Below the pieces are notes generated by a model. The model was not told the DNA's origin and did not search any database. It worked only from the letters and a program-made list of their open reading frames with translations. The translations under genes were made by a program, and so were the position numbers. Below, one piece after another: positions 1 through 10,753 of a stretch of DNA of 64,000 bases (positions within the stretch are counted from its first letter, which is position 1; the number at the start of each line of letters is the position of its first letter). The stretch comes from a bacterium (GTDB lineage Bacteria; Hinthialibacterota; Hinthialibacteria; Hinthialibacterales; Hinthialibacteraceae): assembly GCA_963662285.2 (NCBI GenBank), contig CAXXMV010000006.1, forward strand, positions 192,001-256,000, in the 5' to 3' direction.

Positions 1-637
<637 letters not shown>

Positions 638-655
638 ATATACAGTGGATAAAAG

Positions 656-973
656 ATGTTTCGAGCGCTGAAAGCCTTGTTTCAGGATTCCGTATCCTGG
701 GGACTCATGTTGATCCTGCTCGTTATTGTAGCGGCTGGATTGACTACCGTCTTTGAGCGCTACGATAAGTTCGATCTGTATAGGGATAGACTTGTACAGA
801 TAGATTATGATATCATGCTCCTGAATCAGGAGTTAGATAATAAGGTGGAATGGGTTCGACGGCTTGAGTCGGACCCCACCGCCTGGGAACAAGTCGCACG
901 TGAAAAAATGAATTACTTAGGACCCGATGAATTGCTTGTAACTTTTGTATCTTCTAGAGAAAAGTTACGCTGA
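656..973 (+). CDS. ftsB: Septum formation initiator FtsB/DivIC family
   Basis: N-terminal TM helix, coiled coil, then L.SDP..WEQVAREKMNYLGPDE motif; canonical position directly after eno. Confidence 0.8.
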   Translation: MFRALKALFQDSVSWGLMLILLVIVAAGLTTVFERYDKFDLYRDRLVQIDYDIMLLNQELDNKVEWVRRLESDPTAWEQVAREKMNYLGPDELLVTFVSSREKLR

Positions 974-1060
974 AGGGGTTAGATTTACAAGGTTTTTGCG
1001 TTAACCTATTAAGAGTGAAATAAATACCTTGTTTTTTTTAACAAAAGTTGCGAAATTTCC

Positions 1061-1089
1061 TTGACAAGAAAACATGTATAGGTTAACTT
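1061..1089 (+). promoter_or_regulatory. Putative sigma70 promoter for tRNA-fMet/HU
   Basis: TTGACA (1061-1066), 17 nt spacer, TAACTT. Confidence 0.5.
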
Positions 1090-1162
1090 AATATCTTCTA
1101 ACTTTAGTAAATCTGTGAAACAAGGTCTTAAGTAGTTTATAAGTTAATACGATTATACTTGG

Positions 1163-1237
<75 letters not shown>

Positions 1238-1357
1238 ATTAGCCTTTTTATGCAAGCCAATAAAAATGAAGCATTAATACTTGATATGGCTTGGCTTTAG
1301 TAAGTGATCTTTTTTTAGTGTTTTTGCTTTAAATCTTTTGATTGGGAGTTAAATCGC

Positions 1358-1639
1358 ATGACGAAAAAAGAGATCATCGAGATCGTTTCTGAGCGAACCA
1401 AACTAAAGAAGAATCATACTAAAGCAATTGTTGAATGCGTCTTTGATGTCTTTATTGAAACTTTGGCTCGCGAAGGACGTATCGAGATAAGAAACTTCGG
1501 CGTCTTTAAGGTAAAGCGCACCCCGGCTAGAGTAGGACGTAATCCAGTCACTAAAGAGGCTGCGGATGTTCCCGCACGTAATATCGTTCAATTTAAAGCT
1601 GGGAAATATATGAAAGAGCACGTTTCTGCGGCGAAATAA
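1358..1639 (+). CDS. HU/IHF family DNA-binding protein
   Basis: MTKKEII..., IEIRNFGVFKVKRTPARVGRNPVT, FKAGK. Confidence 0.95.
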   Translation: MTKKEIIEIVSERTKLKKNHTKAIVECVFDVFIETLAREGRIEIRNFGVFKVKRTPARVGRNPVTKEAADVPARNIVQFKAGKYMKEHVSAAK

Positions 1640-2049
1640 TGATTGAACAAAATGGAGCGTCTGCTCGTGAACTTGGTGAAATTGGCGTTTCTAACGAAGT
1701 GTTTGAAGCGATTTCTGTAACTTGTACCAATAAAATTGCTGGTGTTGCAGGCTTGGAAATTTCCGATGGATTGGTTGACAGTCTATCAAAAGTATGGGGT
1801 CGTAGCGATGCGCCCAAAGGCGTTAAAGTTACGACCAGCGAAAATGACGTTACTTTGGATTTGACTGTTATAATGCAAGAGGGTTACTCCATTCCTCAAG
1901 TTACTAGCGTAATTCAGCAGGAAGTGAAGAGTATAATCGAAGATATGACCGGTCACTCAGTTAAAGCAGTTAATATTCTGATTGCTGACATGCAACCGGG
2001 TGATCCGGAAGCTGGAATGTCATCCTTGCCAAGTGCGGGTGAAGAATAA
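1639..2049 (+). CDS. Asp23/Gls24 family envelope stress protein
   Basis: LGEIGVSNEVFEAI, IAGVAG, KGVKV, GYSIPQV..IQQEVK..IEDMTG..V.AVNI.I. Confidence 0.88.
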   Translation: MIEQNGASARELGEIGVSNEVFEAISVTCTNKIAGVAGLEISDGLVDSLSKVWGRSDAPKGVKVTTSENDVTLDLTVIMQEGYSIPQVTSVIQQEVKSIIEDMTGHSVKAVNILIADMQPGDPEAGMSSLPSAGEE

Positions 2050-2322
2050 TTCTAACCCCTTTCTATGTTATAGAATGGGGAGTTTTTGTTTTAGATGTCT
2101 AATAACTAGAATTTTTGTTTTGTAAATAAAAAAAATATAAATTTTCGGAAAATATTTTAAAATCTGTGATATAGTGTCATAACGTGTATCTATTGCAATA
2201 CTTGATTATGGAATGTGCGGTAAGGTTAAACCTTGCCGATTTTGATAACAACAGTTTAAGGACCAACAGAGAACCCGTCTTCGGTTGGTTTTATGTAAGA
2301 CGGCATCGATAGAGGAGGATGC

Positions 2323-5300
2323 ATGATGTACCATAAAAACGGGCTGTTCTTTGCGGTTAATGTGTTAGTTGTTCTTATACTTTTTGCTGCGATTGCGCCC
2401 ACTACAGTTTCCGCTCAATCTGATTCCGCTGCACGAGTCGCCATTCAAGGGGATGCAGAGGAATTTGGTGACGTTCTGTTGGTTAAGGACGGTGATAATG
2501 TCATTATTTATGGTTTGGCCGGAGCGGTTTCCACCTCTGGTAAAGTAACCGTAACTGCTGATACTATTGAACCTATCATAGTTAATGCTTCTTTTATGGG
2601 TCATTTCCCTTCAAGAGAAAAATCACCCATAATCATCACTGACGGCGCCAATCTGGAATCGGCGCAGATTTCATTCGTGAAATCTGGTTCTCTGCAAACC
2701 GTTACGGGAACAATCCCGCTTAACATCAACAGTCCTGATGTTAAAAAGGCTCTTCAGGATTATTCCGAAGAATTAGGTAAAGTTATGCGCGGCGAAAAGG
2801 CCAGTATCGAAAAAGGTACTCCGCCCCATATTTTAGTCGACATTGTTCCTGAAACATCTGCAACGGCTTCTTCGGTCGGCAAAGTTCTGCTTACCCAGAG
2901 ATTAATTGTTCAGGGTGGCGGCGACAACGTAACCTACAATCTGGTTGATCAGATTGAAGGAATTTCCGGCGCAGGACTCGATCCGCCAATCCAAAGCTTC
3001 CCGGCATTCTCCAAAATCGGAGTCTATGGCGTTCCGGTTGATGTCGATAATCCAAACCTCCAACTGCGGGTTTATTCGATTGATACCACCGGGTTTGTAG
3101 CTGGACAATTTGCAAGCAACGGTTACTTTTACCCGTTTACTATCCAGAACGTCAATTCTTCCAATGTTGATGAAATTAAAAAAGGTAATGTGGATTCTGG
3201 AATCTCAACTCCACCTGTATCTGACATCTTCTATCTAAGAATCACAGATGGAGACAATGTATTTCTCGCTACTATTGCTAACGATATTACTGCAGCCATT
3301 GAAGGCGATGTCACTGTTGTTAACAATAATGCTGCTAATGCTGCAGGCGTGGATGCCATTGCTATTCTAAGCGGCGTAGCCGATCCTTATTCCGTCGTAA
3401 CCGCTTATGGTGGAAACGATGTTGAATCTGAATGGCTGGCGTCCGGTGAAGCAGATGGTTCCGGCGCTTTCAGTATTTCTATTCCATCAACCGCTCCTTT
3501 TAATATTGATACCAACGAATTTGGCGTATACGCTTCCCGTACTCAAGTATATTTGGGATTGTCTGATCCGTTTGGAAACGAAAGCAGCTCTCTGGTTGAA
3601 GTACTCACTGATAATGAATTAGTAGTTACCGAATCTCCCGTCGCTACTCCACAACCCGATGGAACCATGATCGTCGCTGGCAGAACTGAAGCAGGCGCTA
3701 TCATTCTGGTTGATGGACGCACTAAAGACGGTACCGAATACTACTTTTCCGGCGCCGCTAAAGCAGACGCGGATGGCGCTTATGCAATTATCAGCGCGAT
3801 TCCCTATTTTGATTATAAAGTGACTATCGTCGATCAGGCTGGAAATAGCATCACAACTTCCGCTGTCGCCGATCAGACTGCTGATGCTCCAAGCAACCTT
3901 ACAGCTACTGCTGACTTCCCTTATATCGTTGTTACAGGAACCGCTGAACCGTATTCCAGTATTATTACTTACGGTTTTGATGCTGGCGTTGTACCAGAAA
4001 ATCCTGTTGTTTCAGAAACGCTGCCTCTTGGCGCATTTTACCTGGGCGGTTCAAGCTTGGAATTTCCTGAAACAACAGCCAAGGCTGATGCCAATGGCGC
4101 TTTTTCCTTAAAAGTGCCTCATTCAGTTGGACGATACATATATCTGAAAGCATTTGATCCTGCCGGTAACGGTAGTTCATATGTTCCTCTTGAACTGAAT
4201 GATGCTGAAGGTGATCCTCTGGGCGAAGCATCTGTTGGATTTGATTCAATCGCGTTTATCAACAATATCTCAGGCGTCAAAGATATTATTACAGGCCGCA
4301 CGATCAATTTAACAAATAACCTGCCTGTATCAGGCGTCGTCGTGGGAATCTATCGAACAACCTCTCAAAACGCTGTTGGTCTGCCATTTGTTGATCAATT
4401 AGCCAAACCTGTTGCGGTTAATGCCGATGGGACGTTCTCTCTGACCATTCCTGATCGATCACTCGATACTAACGAGTTTATTGAACAATTCCTTCTAGTC
4501 GCGTTCACTAAAGCTGCTGATGGAACATTAACTGATGTTGGATACATATTAATTAATAAAAACGATGGGCTTGACCGTGTTGGTCCTTCCATTGGTTTTA
4601 CTATCCTTGCTTCCGACATCGTTCTTCGCCAAGGCGGCGCAGGCTTCCCGGATATGATGGATATAAGAGGCATACTTCCATCAGGATCAGGCAGTATGAA
4701 AGATATACCTGCTGACGCTTTAGCATATGTCTGTGTTCTGGCCGATGGCAATGCGGATGGTGACATCGACGTAAATTCCTCCAGCACTTATATTGTTGAT
4801 TTTAAGCCATTGAATGCCTCCATTCCTGGTATGGCGCTGCCAATTCCAGGCGTCAGCAATTTGAATCTTGGATATAATTACTGGAATGCAAAAACTCAAA
4901 AAGTCGTTGGTGAATCAGAAGTCTTCATCGCTTATATAGATGCGGTTGGTAATTTCAGTCCTTCCCCGGTTCGCGTAAAACTGGATGTTGAGATTGCTGA
5001 TCCTGATATCTCCAAGATCGCTGTAAACGGTTCGTCAATCTTCGCTGAAGAAGATGCTGTTGAAGAGACAAACTTAAAAATTGGAGAGACAACTGTTTCG
5101 ATCTTTGGTAGTTCAGATAAAACTTCCCTGATTGCAACAGCCAGAGCCTATATTAATGGCGGCTTTGCTGTGGTCGGTTTATCTATCGATCAGGATTATG
5201 TTTATATCGTTGCCACCGATTATGCTGGTAACCAGAGTAATGTTGTTAAAGTAAAAGTTACCGATCCTGTTAAGGACACTGATTTTATGGTTCTGGATAG

Positions 5301-6366
5301 TTTCGGTGTGATGCACACATCCTTAAATACCCTGGCATCAGCAGGTGATAATGCCCGTGCTATTTCTAAAGTAAACGAGACTGTCTACGCTCTATTGGGA
5401 GATGGTTCGATAGTTAAAGTTGCAGGTATTGGCAAATTGCCTAAAGATAGCAAAATCGTAAAAGCAAGTGCAGGCTCAGCACGGGACATTGAAGTTATTA
5501 GTGATGATCCTTTCGCAGCCTACGTCCTTTTTGGTAACGGTTTGGTAATTTCTTACGGAAATGCAACATTCTTCGGCGACATTGGAACCCCGGATGCAAG
5601 CATTCCTAGAGTTCCTATCGAAGAGGGCAGTTCCATAATGTTCCTTGACATAAACAATAACGGCGTGCGTGACACTGAAGATGCCGATGGAAATGGAATA
5701 CTTGACATCTCTGTTGGTCTTAACGGCGTTCTTGAGACTGAAGATACCGGCATCGAAGGCATTGCCGGCTCCGCAGGAAATGGCGTGCTGGATGAAGAAC
5801 AGATATTTAATATGTCGCAAACTGATCAAGGTTTCGGCTTTGATATCGCCCGCGACCTGGAACTTGTTATTGGAACAGATGGCGCTGTTACCGGCTATGT
5901 TATTATGGACGGTCTTGGCGTGATGTGGCCCTACGGTTCCGCCGTCAATAACGTAAATATCAGACCTCAGGATACTAATGGTATCGCTTTCAGTGATCAG
6001 TTCCGGTCTTTTGAATTGATCCTTGTGGATGGTCAGATTGTTGATTTCATCAGTCTAAAGGGTAATGGCGAGTTATTCGCTATGCCAAGCGATCAGGGCG
6101 GCGTCCTTGGCGCTGGTCCATCAACTGATGCAACTTCTTCAGGCTTCCTTTCATCTGATCAATATGGAATCACTACATTCGGATTCGACATTGCCCGTGA
6201 TCTGGAAATGTGTAAAACAGACAGCAATGGTGATGGCGTAATCGATTATAATGATGGATTCTATGTATTGGATGGTCTGGGCGGTATTCATGAATTAGGC
6301 GGAGCAGCTGCAATTGAAGGCGCGCCGTTCCTCGGATTGGATATTGCAGTTGACTTGGAATTCTAA
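2323..6366 (+). CDS. Large secreted/surface protein (1347 aa) with tandem Ig-like domains, DxDxDG Ca-binding loops and C-terminal FGFDIARDLE repeats
   Basis: Signal peptide ending VSA-Q; repeated G.A(D/E)PYS and D.AGN.S Ig-like motifs; DINNNG, DADGNG, DSNGDG; GGAGG RBS; own terminator. Confidence 0.75.
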   Translation: MMYHKNGLFFAVNVLVVLILFAAIAPTTVSAQSDSAARVAIQGDAEEFGDVLLVKDGDNVIIYGLAGAVSTSGKVTVTADTIEPIIVNASFMGHFPSREKSPIIITDGANLESAQISFVKSGSLQTVTGTIPLNINSPDVKKALQDYSEELGKVMRGEKASIEKGTPPHILVDIVPETSATASSVGKVLLTQRLIVQGGGDNVTYNLVDQIEGISGAGLDPPIQSFPAFSKIGVYGVPVDVDNPNLQLRVYSIDTTGFVAGQFASNGYFYPFTIQNVNSSNVDEIKKGNVDSGISTPPVSDIFYLRITDGDNVFLATIANDITAAIEGDVTVVNNNAANAAGVDAIAILSGVADPYSVVTAYGGNDVESEWLASGEADGSGAFSISIPSTAPFNIDTNEFGVYASRTQVYLGLSDPFGNESSSLVEVLTDNELVVTESPVATPQPDGTMIVAGRTEAGAIILVDGRTKDGTEYYFSGAAKADADGAYAIISAIPYFDYKVTIVDQAGNSITTSAVADQTADAPSNLTATADFPYIVVTGTAEPYSSIITYGFDAGVVPENPVVSETLPLGAFYLGGSSLEFPETTAKADANGAFSLKVPHSVGRYIYLKAFDPAGNGSSYVPLELNDAEGDPLGEASVGFDSIAFINNISGVKDIITGRTINLTNNLPVSGVVVGIYRTTSQNAVGLPFVDQLAKPVAVNADGTFSLTIPDRSLDTNEFIEQFLLVAFTKAADGTLTDVGYILINKNDGLDRVGPSIGFTILASDIVLRQGGAGFPDMMDIRGILPSGSGSMKDIPADALAYVCVLADGNADGDIDVNSSSTYIVDFKPLNASIPGMALPIPGVSNLNLGYNYWNAKTQKVVGESEVFIAYIDAVGNFSPSPVRVKLDVEIADPDISKIAVNGSSIFAEEDAVEETNLKIGETTVSIFGSSDKTSLIATARAYINGGFAVVGLSIDQDYVYIVATDYAGNQSNVVKVKVTDPVKDTDFMVLDSFGVMHTSLNTLASAGDNARAISKVNETVYALLGDGSIVKVAGIGKLPKDSKIVKASAGSARDIEVISDDPFAAYVLFGNGLVISYGNATFFGDIGTPDASIPRVPIEEGSSIMFLDINNNGVRDTEDADGNGILDISVGLNGVLETEDTGIEGIAGSAGNGVLDEEQIFNMSQTDQGFGFDIARDLELVIGTDGAVTGYVIMDGLGVMWPYGSAVNNVNIRPQDTNGIAFSDQFRSFELILVDGQIVDFISLKGNGELFAMPSDQGGVLGAGPSTDATSSGFLSSDQYGITTFGFDIARDLEMCKTDSNGDGVIDYNDGFYVLDGLGGIHELGGAAAIEGAPFLGLDIAVDLEF

Positions 6367-6388
6367 TCCACGCAAATAATATTATTAT

Positions 6389-6428
6389 GAGAGGCAAGGT
6401 TTAATAAACCTTGCCTCTCTTGTTTTTT
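6389..6428 (+). terminator. Rho-independent terminator
   Basis: GAGAGGCAAGGTTT-AAT-AAACCTTGCCTCTC perfect 14-bp stem followed by a T tract. Confidence 0.85.
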
Positions 6429-7150
6429 AAATGATTTTTAAAATCTCCTTATATTTAGGATTATCAAAATTATATTCAAGTATTATCATGTTTGGTTTTC
6501 TATAATTCAAATCTTTCCATCTTTTGAAATCTTCTATCAGAAAATTAATATGACAACTATCCAAACAATAAAATAAATAAAACTTATGAATACAAACCAT
6601 TTTTAAAGTATAGATATCATGTATTACTTACTAAAATAAATAATTGTTGTCATAAATAGATTTTTTTTAAGAAATAGTTTGTTTTAGGCATTTTGTTGTG
6701 CTATAGTAAATACTCTAAGTATATAGACTTGTCTTGATCTGGATGATAAATTACTATATGTTTATTATTCGGGTAGAGGGATAATGGAATATTATCATTT
6801 TTCGACCAGATTTTGGTTCAAACACCTCTTTGCAAATTCTATATATTCTTCCCTGACCTGAATTATTATATTTATATATATTTGTGTGGTTTTCAGAAAT
6901 GTTGGTTAATTATCACGGTTGATTTTGGAAAATGACTATGTATTATGGCATTTTCCAAAAGCGAATAATAACCGCATTAGGCAATCCACTCATAATAATA
7001 AATAAATTTTTTTGTTTATGAATATTTATAAAGATAGAATTGATAGCAAGAATATTCGTTTATGCTTTAGTTCCTGTTTATCTGCATATGTAACAATGAT
7101 AATTTTGGTAATCTGAATAATCTGATATTTTTGTAAATCGAGAGAATAAG

Positions 7151-9154
7151 ATGGCTATTTCTTACAGAAACCATAAAAAAAGGAACTTAAGGTTTAGAAT
7201 CTCATTTGTATGGGCTTTGGTTACCGCTTTGATCGTTTTTATGAGCGGATATGCTATACATTTAATTGTAAAAGTAAAACGTATCAATGATCTTGCTACC
7301 CATTCAATGCGTATTTCAACTCAGGTCTCTAACCTTTCCGCCATTAGAACATATCTTCTCGAAAAACCTGATGCTCCAGACAAAGAAGAAGCAGAAAGAT
7401 TATTGAAAATCCTACTGATTGGAGATCCATTTATTGAAAAAATGGTTCTGATAGATCAATTTGGTAAAATCCCCTTTACAATAATGCTGAGTGACAATGA
7501 AATGATGTTTCACCATGATAACCACTTGGCATCTTTACCCTTACAAGACCTGCTATCTGCATCAAAGCCGTCATTATCAGAAAAAGAATGGGAATATTTA
7601 ATACCCCTGTCTTTGGAATCGGATATTCCATGGGGCATGATGAAACTATACTGGCGGGCTGATGCAACATGGAAATTTTTCCATTTTATGAAATTGGGTA
7701 TAGCTTATATTACTTTGATATCATTTTTTATAGCTTATATACTGAGCTATTTTCTTATTGGAAGAACCTATGTTAAGGAATATCAAAGATTAAATAAAAC
7801 ATTAAGTATGATATGCGGCAGCGATTATTCTCAACGTATTGAGACGCAGACATATTCCAAGGGTATATCCGAAATCGGCGTACATATGAATCGCATCATC
7901 CATGAAATTGATGAAGAAAAGAAGAAAGCCGATATTCTTGATAATTCTTTGCGGCATATAGAACGCGGCGCCTCAGATTATAGGCGCGCATGTAATGATA
8001 AAACAACCGAATTAGAGTCTATGCGCCGTGAAATGCGCGAAGGGCTGCTGCAATTGTTCGATTTATTATGGTGTGGAATTATGGTTATTGATGATTCTTA
8101 TAATATCCATTTTATAAACCAACAAGCTGAACGATTGCTTCGCTTCGCCAGAATTGACGATTCAGTTTTGAATGATGAACGGGTAAAAGGCTGTTTGGCC
8201 TCTTTGGTCAATAATAGTGAAGTGGATGTCGTAGACGACCTTTGCGTATGGCCTCAGCCTTCTCTAGGACAATCAGTATCATGTCAACTACGCGCTTCTA
8301 AAATACCGACCGGCGCTAATGAACGCCTGTTTTTTGTTCTTCTACGTGAAGAATGCGGCTACCCCAAAAAACATAATTCTGCCTACTATTCAGAGCGGCT
8401 GGTCTTGGATTTCCTGGTGCATGATCAATCTATTGATAATCCCCAAACAGATTGCATGGGTTTTGAAAATGCCGATTTTAACGTAAAAGAAGATAGATTT
8501 AGAGCATGCCTGCGCAAATTAGAAACCTTCCATGCTTTAGAACAAGGAACTATGGGATCAGTCAGTTCAATCAGGTTGTCTACATGGCTGCGCCATCATT
8601 TCACCGATGAAGACTTATATTCCAATGGTCTGAAATTGGATGCCAACATGCCGGATATGGATATAACCTTGAAAATGCCTGAAAGAATGCTGCGGGAATT
8701 TATTGATTCTCTCTTAGTAATTGTAAGCCGCATGATTAATATTAATTCTACAACTAAAGCATCCAACTTTATGGTTCTTAGAACATCCATAGATTCCCGC
8801 GGTAAGCCGATGATTACTCTTTCTCTTCCCCGATTGAGGAAAATGCAGGCTAACCTGCTTCATGATGTTCTAAATGAACGTCTTTCACTACAAGCAATAG
8901 CTAATAATTCAGAAAGCAGTATGTTAGAAGATTTGGAATTGGATATCTGTTATTCCCTTTTCAGAAGCGTAAAACAACTATTGCATGCATTTATTGTCTG
9001 CGTATATTCAGAAAATAAAAAACTTGCTATGGTCCAATTAACTATTGAAAACCATATACTTACCAATAAACAAAATAAATCGGCTGAGGTAGAAGCCGAA
9101 GCTGAAGAATCTTTACAACCTAGACTTGTTCAGCAATTCTTAAGCAGATATTAA
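7151..9154 (+). CDS. Membrane sensor-like protein (TM-periplasmic-TM-HAMP-coiled coil-PAS) with degenerate kinase-like C-terminus
   Basis: Two TM helices; HAMP-like DYSQRI...EI..HMNRI; PAS-like GIMVIDDSYNIHFINQQAERLL; no H-box or G-boxes visible. Confidence 0.6.
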   Translation: MAISYRNHKKRNLRFRISFVWALVTALIVFMSGYAIHLIVKVKRINDLATHSMRISTQVSNLSAIRTYLLEKPDAPDKEEAERLLKILLIGDPFIEKMVLIDQFGKIPFTIMLSDNEMMFHHDNHLASLPLQDLLSASKPSLSEKEWEYLIPLSLESDIPWGMMKLYWRADATWKFFHFMKLGIAYITLISFFIAYILSYFLIGRTYVKEYQRLNKTLSMICGSDYSQRIETQTYSKGISEIGVHMNRIIHEIDEEKKKADILDNSLRHIERGASDYRRACNDKTTELESMRREMREGLLQLFDLLWCGIMVIDDSYNIHFINQQAERLLRFARIDDSVLNDERVKGCLASLVNNSEVDVVDDLCVWPQPSLGQSVSCQLRASKIPTGANERLFFVLLREECGYPKKHNSAYYSERLVLDFLVHDQSIDNPQTDCMGFENADFNVKEDRFRACLRKLETFHALEQGTMGSVSSIRLSTWLRHHFTDEDLYSNGLKLDANMPDMDITLKMPERMLREFIDSLLVIVSRMININSTTKASNFMVLRTSIDSRGKPMITLSLPRLRKMQANLLHDVLNERLSLQAIANNSESSMLEDLELDICYSLFRSVKQLLHAFIVCVYSENKKLAMVQLTIENHILTNKQNKSAEVEAEAEESLQPRLVQQFLSRY

Positions 9155-9364
9155 ATCGATTATCAATTTTTTTCGTTTATTATCAGAATTTTCTTTAAAA
9201 ACTGCATCTATACAGTCTTTTTCAATCATAAATCTGAACGATTTTATACTAACCGCTCTAATTCTTGGAATGATTTTCTGATATTTTTACATAATAAAAA
9301 GAAAATAATCTTTCGATAGAATGAACATAGGCTTCGGAAAATCAAGAACTTTTGAAAAAAAGTC

Positions 9365-9393
9365 TTGATTCTAATCGCGTGATACGGTATATT
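9365..9393 (+). promoter_or_regulatory. Putative sigma70 promoter for second HU gene
   Basis: TTGATT, 17 nt spacer, TATATT, with an A-tract upstream. Confidence 0.45.
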
Positions 9394-9474
9394 GATTGTA
9401 ATGTAAAGATTTCTATTTTCTTTGTTTTCATTTGAGTCTTATGTGTTGAGAGGTACTCTCTGTGGAGGGTTCTT

Positions 9475-9771
9475 ATGACCTGTACCAAAAAAGATATTGT
9501 TAAAGAAGTAGCCGCAAGGACAGGATTCGATATTTCCAGCGTTAAAGACATTGTTCAGACAATGTTTGACGCCATGGCCGAAGGTTTATCTGAGGATGGG
9601 AACATAGAAATTCGTAATTTTGGGATATTTAAAGTCAAGCAGACTCCTGAAAGACAAGCCAGGAATCCCAAAACCAGCGAGATAATTTCTGTACCCGCAA
9701 AAAAGCATATCAGTTTTAAGCCTGGTCAATTGATGAAAGAAAGGATTAATGATAACGGGGAAATAGAATAG
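9475..9771 (+). CDS. HU/IHF family DNA-binding protein (second copy)
   Basis: TKKDIV, IEIRNFGIFKVK, ARNPKT, FKPGQLMKERIN. Confidence 0.95.
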   Translation: MTCTKKDIVKEVAARTGFDISSVKDIVQTMFDAMAEGLSEDGNIEIRNFGIFKVKQTPERQARNPKTSEIISVPAKKHISFKPGQLMKERINDNGEIE

Positions 9772-9879
9772 ATGTTTAGCGATTAATCCAGTAAATTCTG
9801 ATTAACTGTTTGCATGGAAATTAATTTTTATTGTGATGAGCAGTGTTAAAAGTCCTGAGTACTTTTTGAAATACTAAAA

Positions 9880-10746
9880 ATGGATATCAAAAAAAAAATA
9901 CCTGACAGATTTCTTAGTATTATTGAAGAAATTCCCGCTATTCCGGATGTAGTGGTTAAAGTAATGCAACTCACTCGTAATCCGGATGTCACCGCTAAAG
10001 AACTTACCGACATGATATCCAATGATCCCGGTTTAACGGGAAATATCCTGCGTTTATGCAACTCAGCCTATTATGGAATTCCTCGAGTTGTTTCTTCTTT
10101 AAACCAGGCGGTAATGTATCTGGGATTTCATACTATTCGCAGCCTGGTTTTGACCTGCTCTATTAATAGTTTCTTTAATCCAAAACAGCCGGTCTATGGT
10201 TACGTCAATGGCGGCATCTGGCATCACTCGGTTGCATGCGCCATTACCAGCGAATTGATTTGCAACCATGTCCGGCCTGAATTGCATGATAGCGCTTTTA
10301 CTGCTGGTTTGCTGCATGATATAGGCCAGCTGATTCTGGGGATTTCCATAAAGGATACTTCAGAAACTATTATAGATATGATGATCAACGGCGGCGTCGA
10401 TGAACTTCAGGCGGAAAATGATTCCTTAGGATTCACTCATGAAGAATTAGGCGCTCATCTGGCTAATGCATGGAATTTTCCTGATGATCTTATTCATGCC
10501 ATCTGCCACCATCACCATCCTCTTGAATCTAAAACTCAAACTGAAATGACATCCATAATACACATTGCGGATGCCATGGCGCTTGAACTGGGTTTTGGTA
10601 TTGAACTGGAGCAGATGAAATTTAATGTTGATCCAGCTGCTTTAGCAAAGTTTGGCCTGAATCATGAGTGGCTCGCATCTATGCGTGAGGAGGCCTCTGC
10701 GCTTATCGACGAAAAAGCCACCCAGTTCATGGAAATCCTCAATTAA
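9880..10746 (+). CDS. HDOD domain protein
   Basis: IPAIPDVV, ISNDPGLTGNILRLCNSAYYG, W.HS, AFTAGLLHDIG, LA.AWNFP. Confidence 0.92.
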   Translation: MDIKKKIPDRFLSIIEEIPAIPDVVVKVMQLTRNPDVTAKELTDMISNDPGLTGNILRLCNSAYYGIPRVVSSLNQAVMYLGFHTIRSLVLTCSINSFFNPKQPVYGYVNGGIWHHSVACAITSELICNHVRPELHDSAFTAGLLHDIGQLILGISIKDTSETIIDMMINGGVDELQAENDSLGFTHEELGAHLANAWNFPDDLIHAICHHHHPLESKTQTEMTSIIHIADAMALELGFGIELEQMKFNVDPAALAKFGLNHEWLASMREEASALIDEKATQFMEILN

Positions 10747-10753
10747 TCAATGC

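Noticed and set aside
2210-2300. Leader hairpins before the large surface protein as a riboswitch
   Set aside because: Hairpins exist (CGGTAAGG-TTAAA-CCTTGCCG), but I could not match conserved cores of c-di-GMP, TPP, SAM or cobalamin riboswitches by eye.
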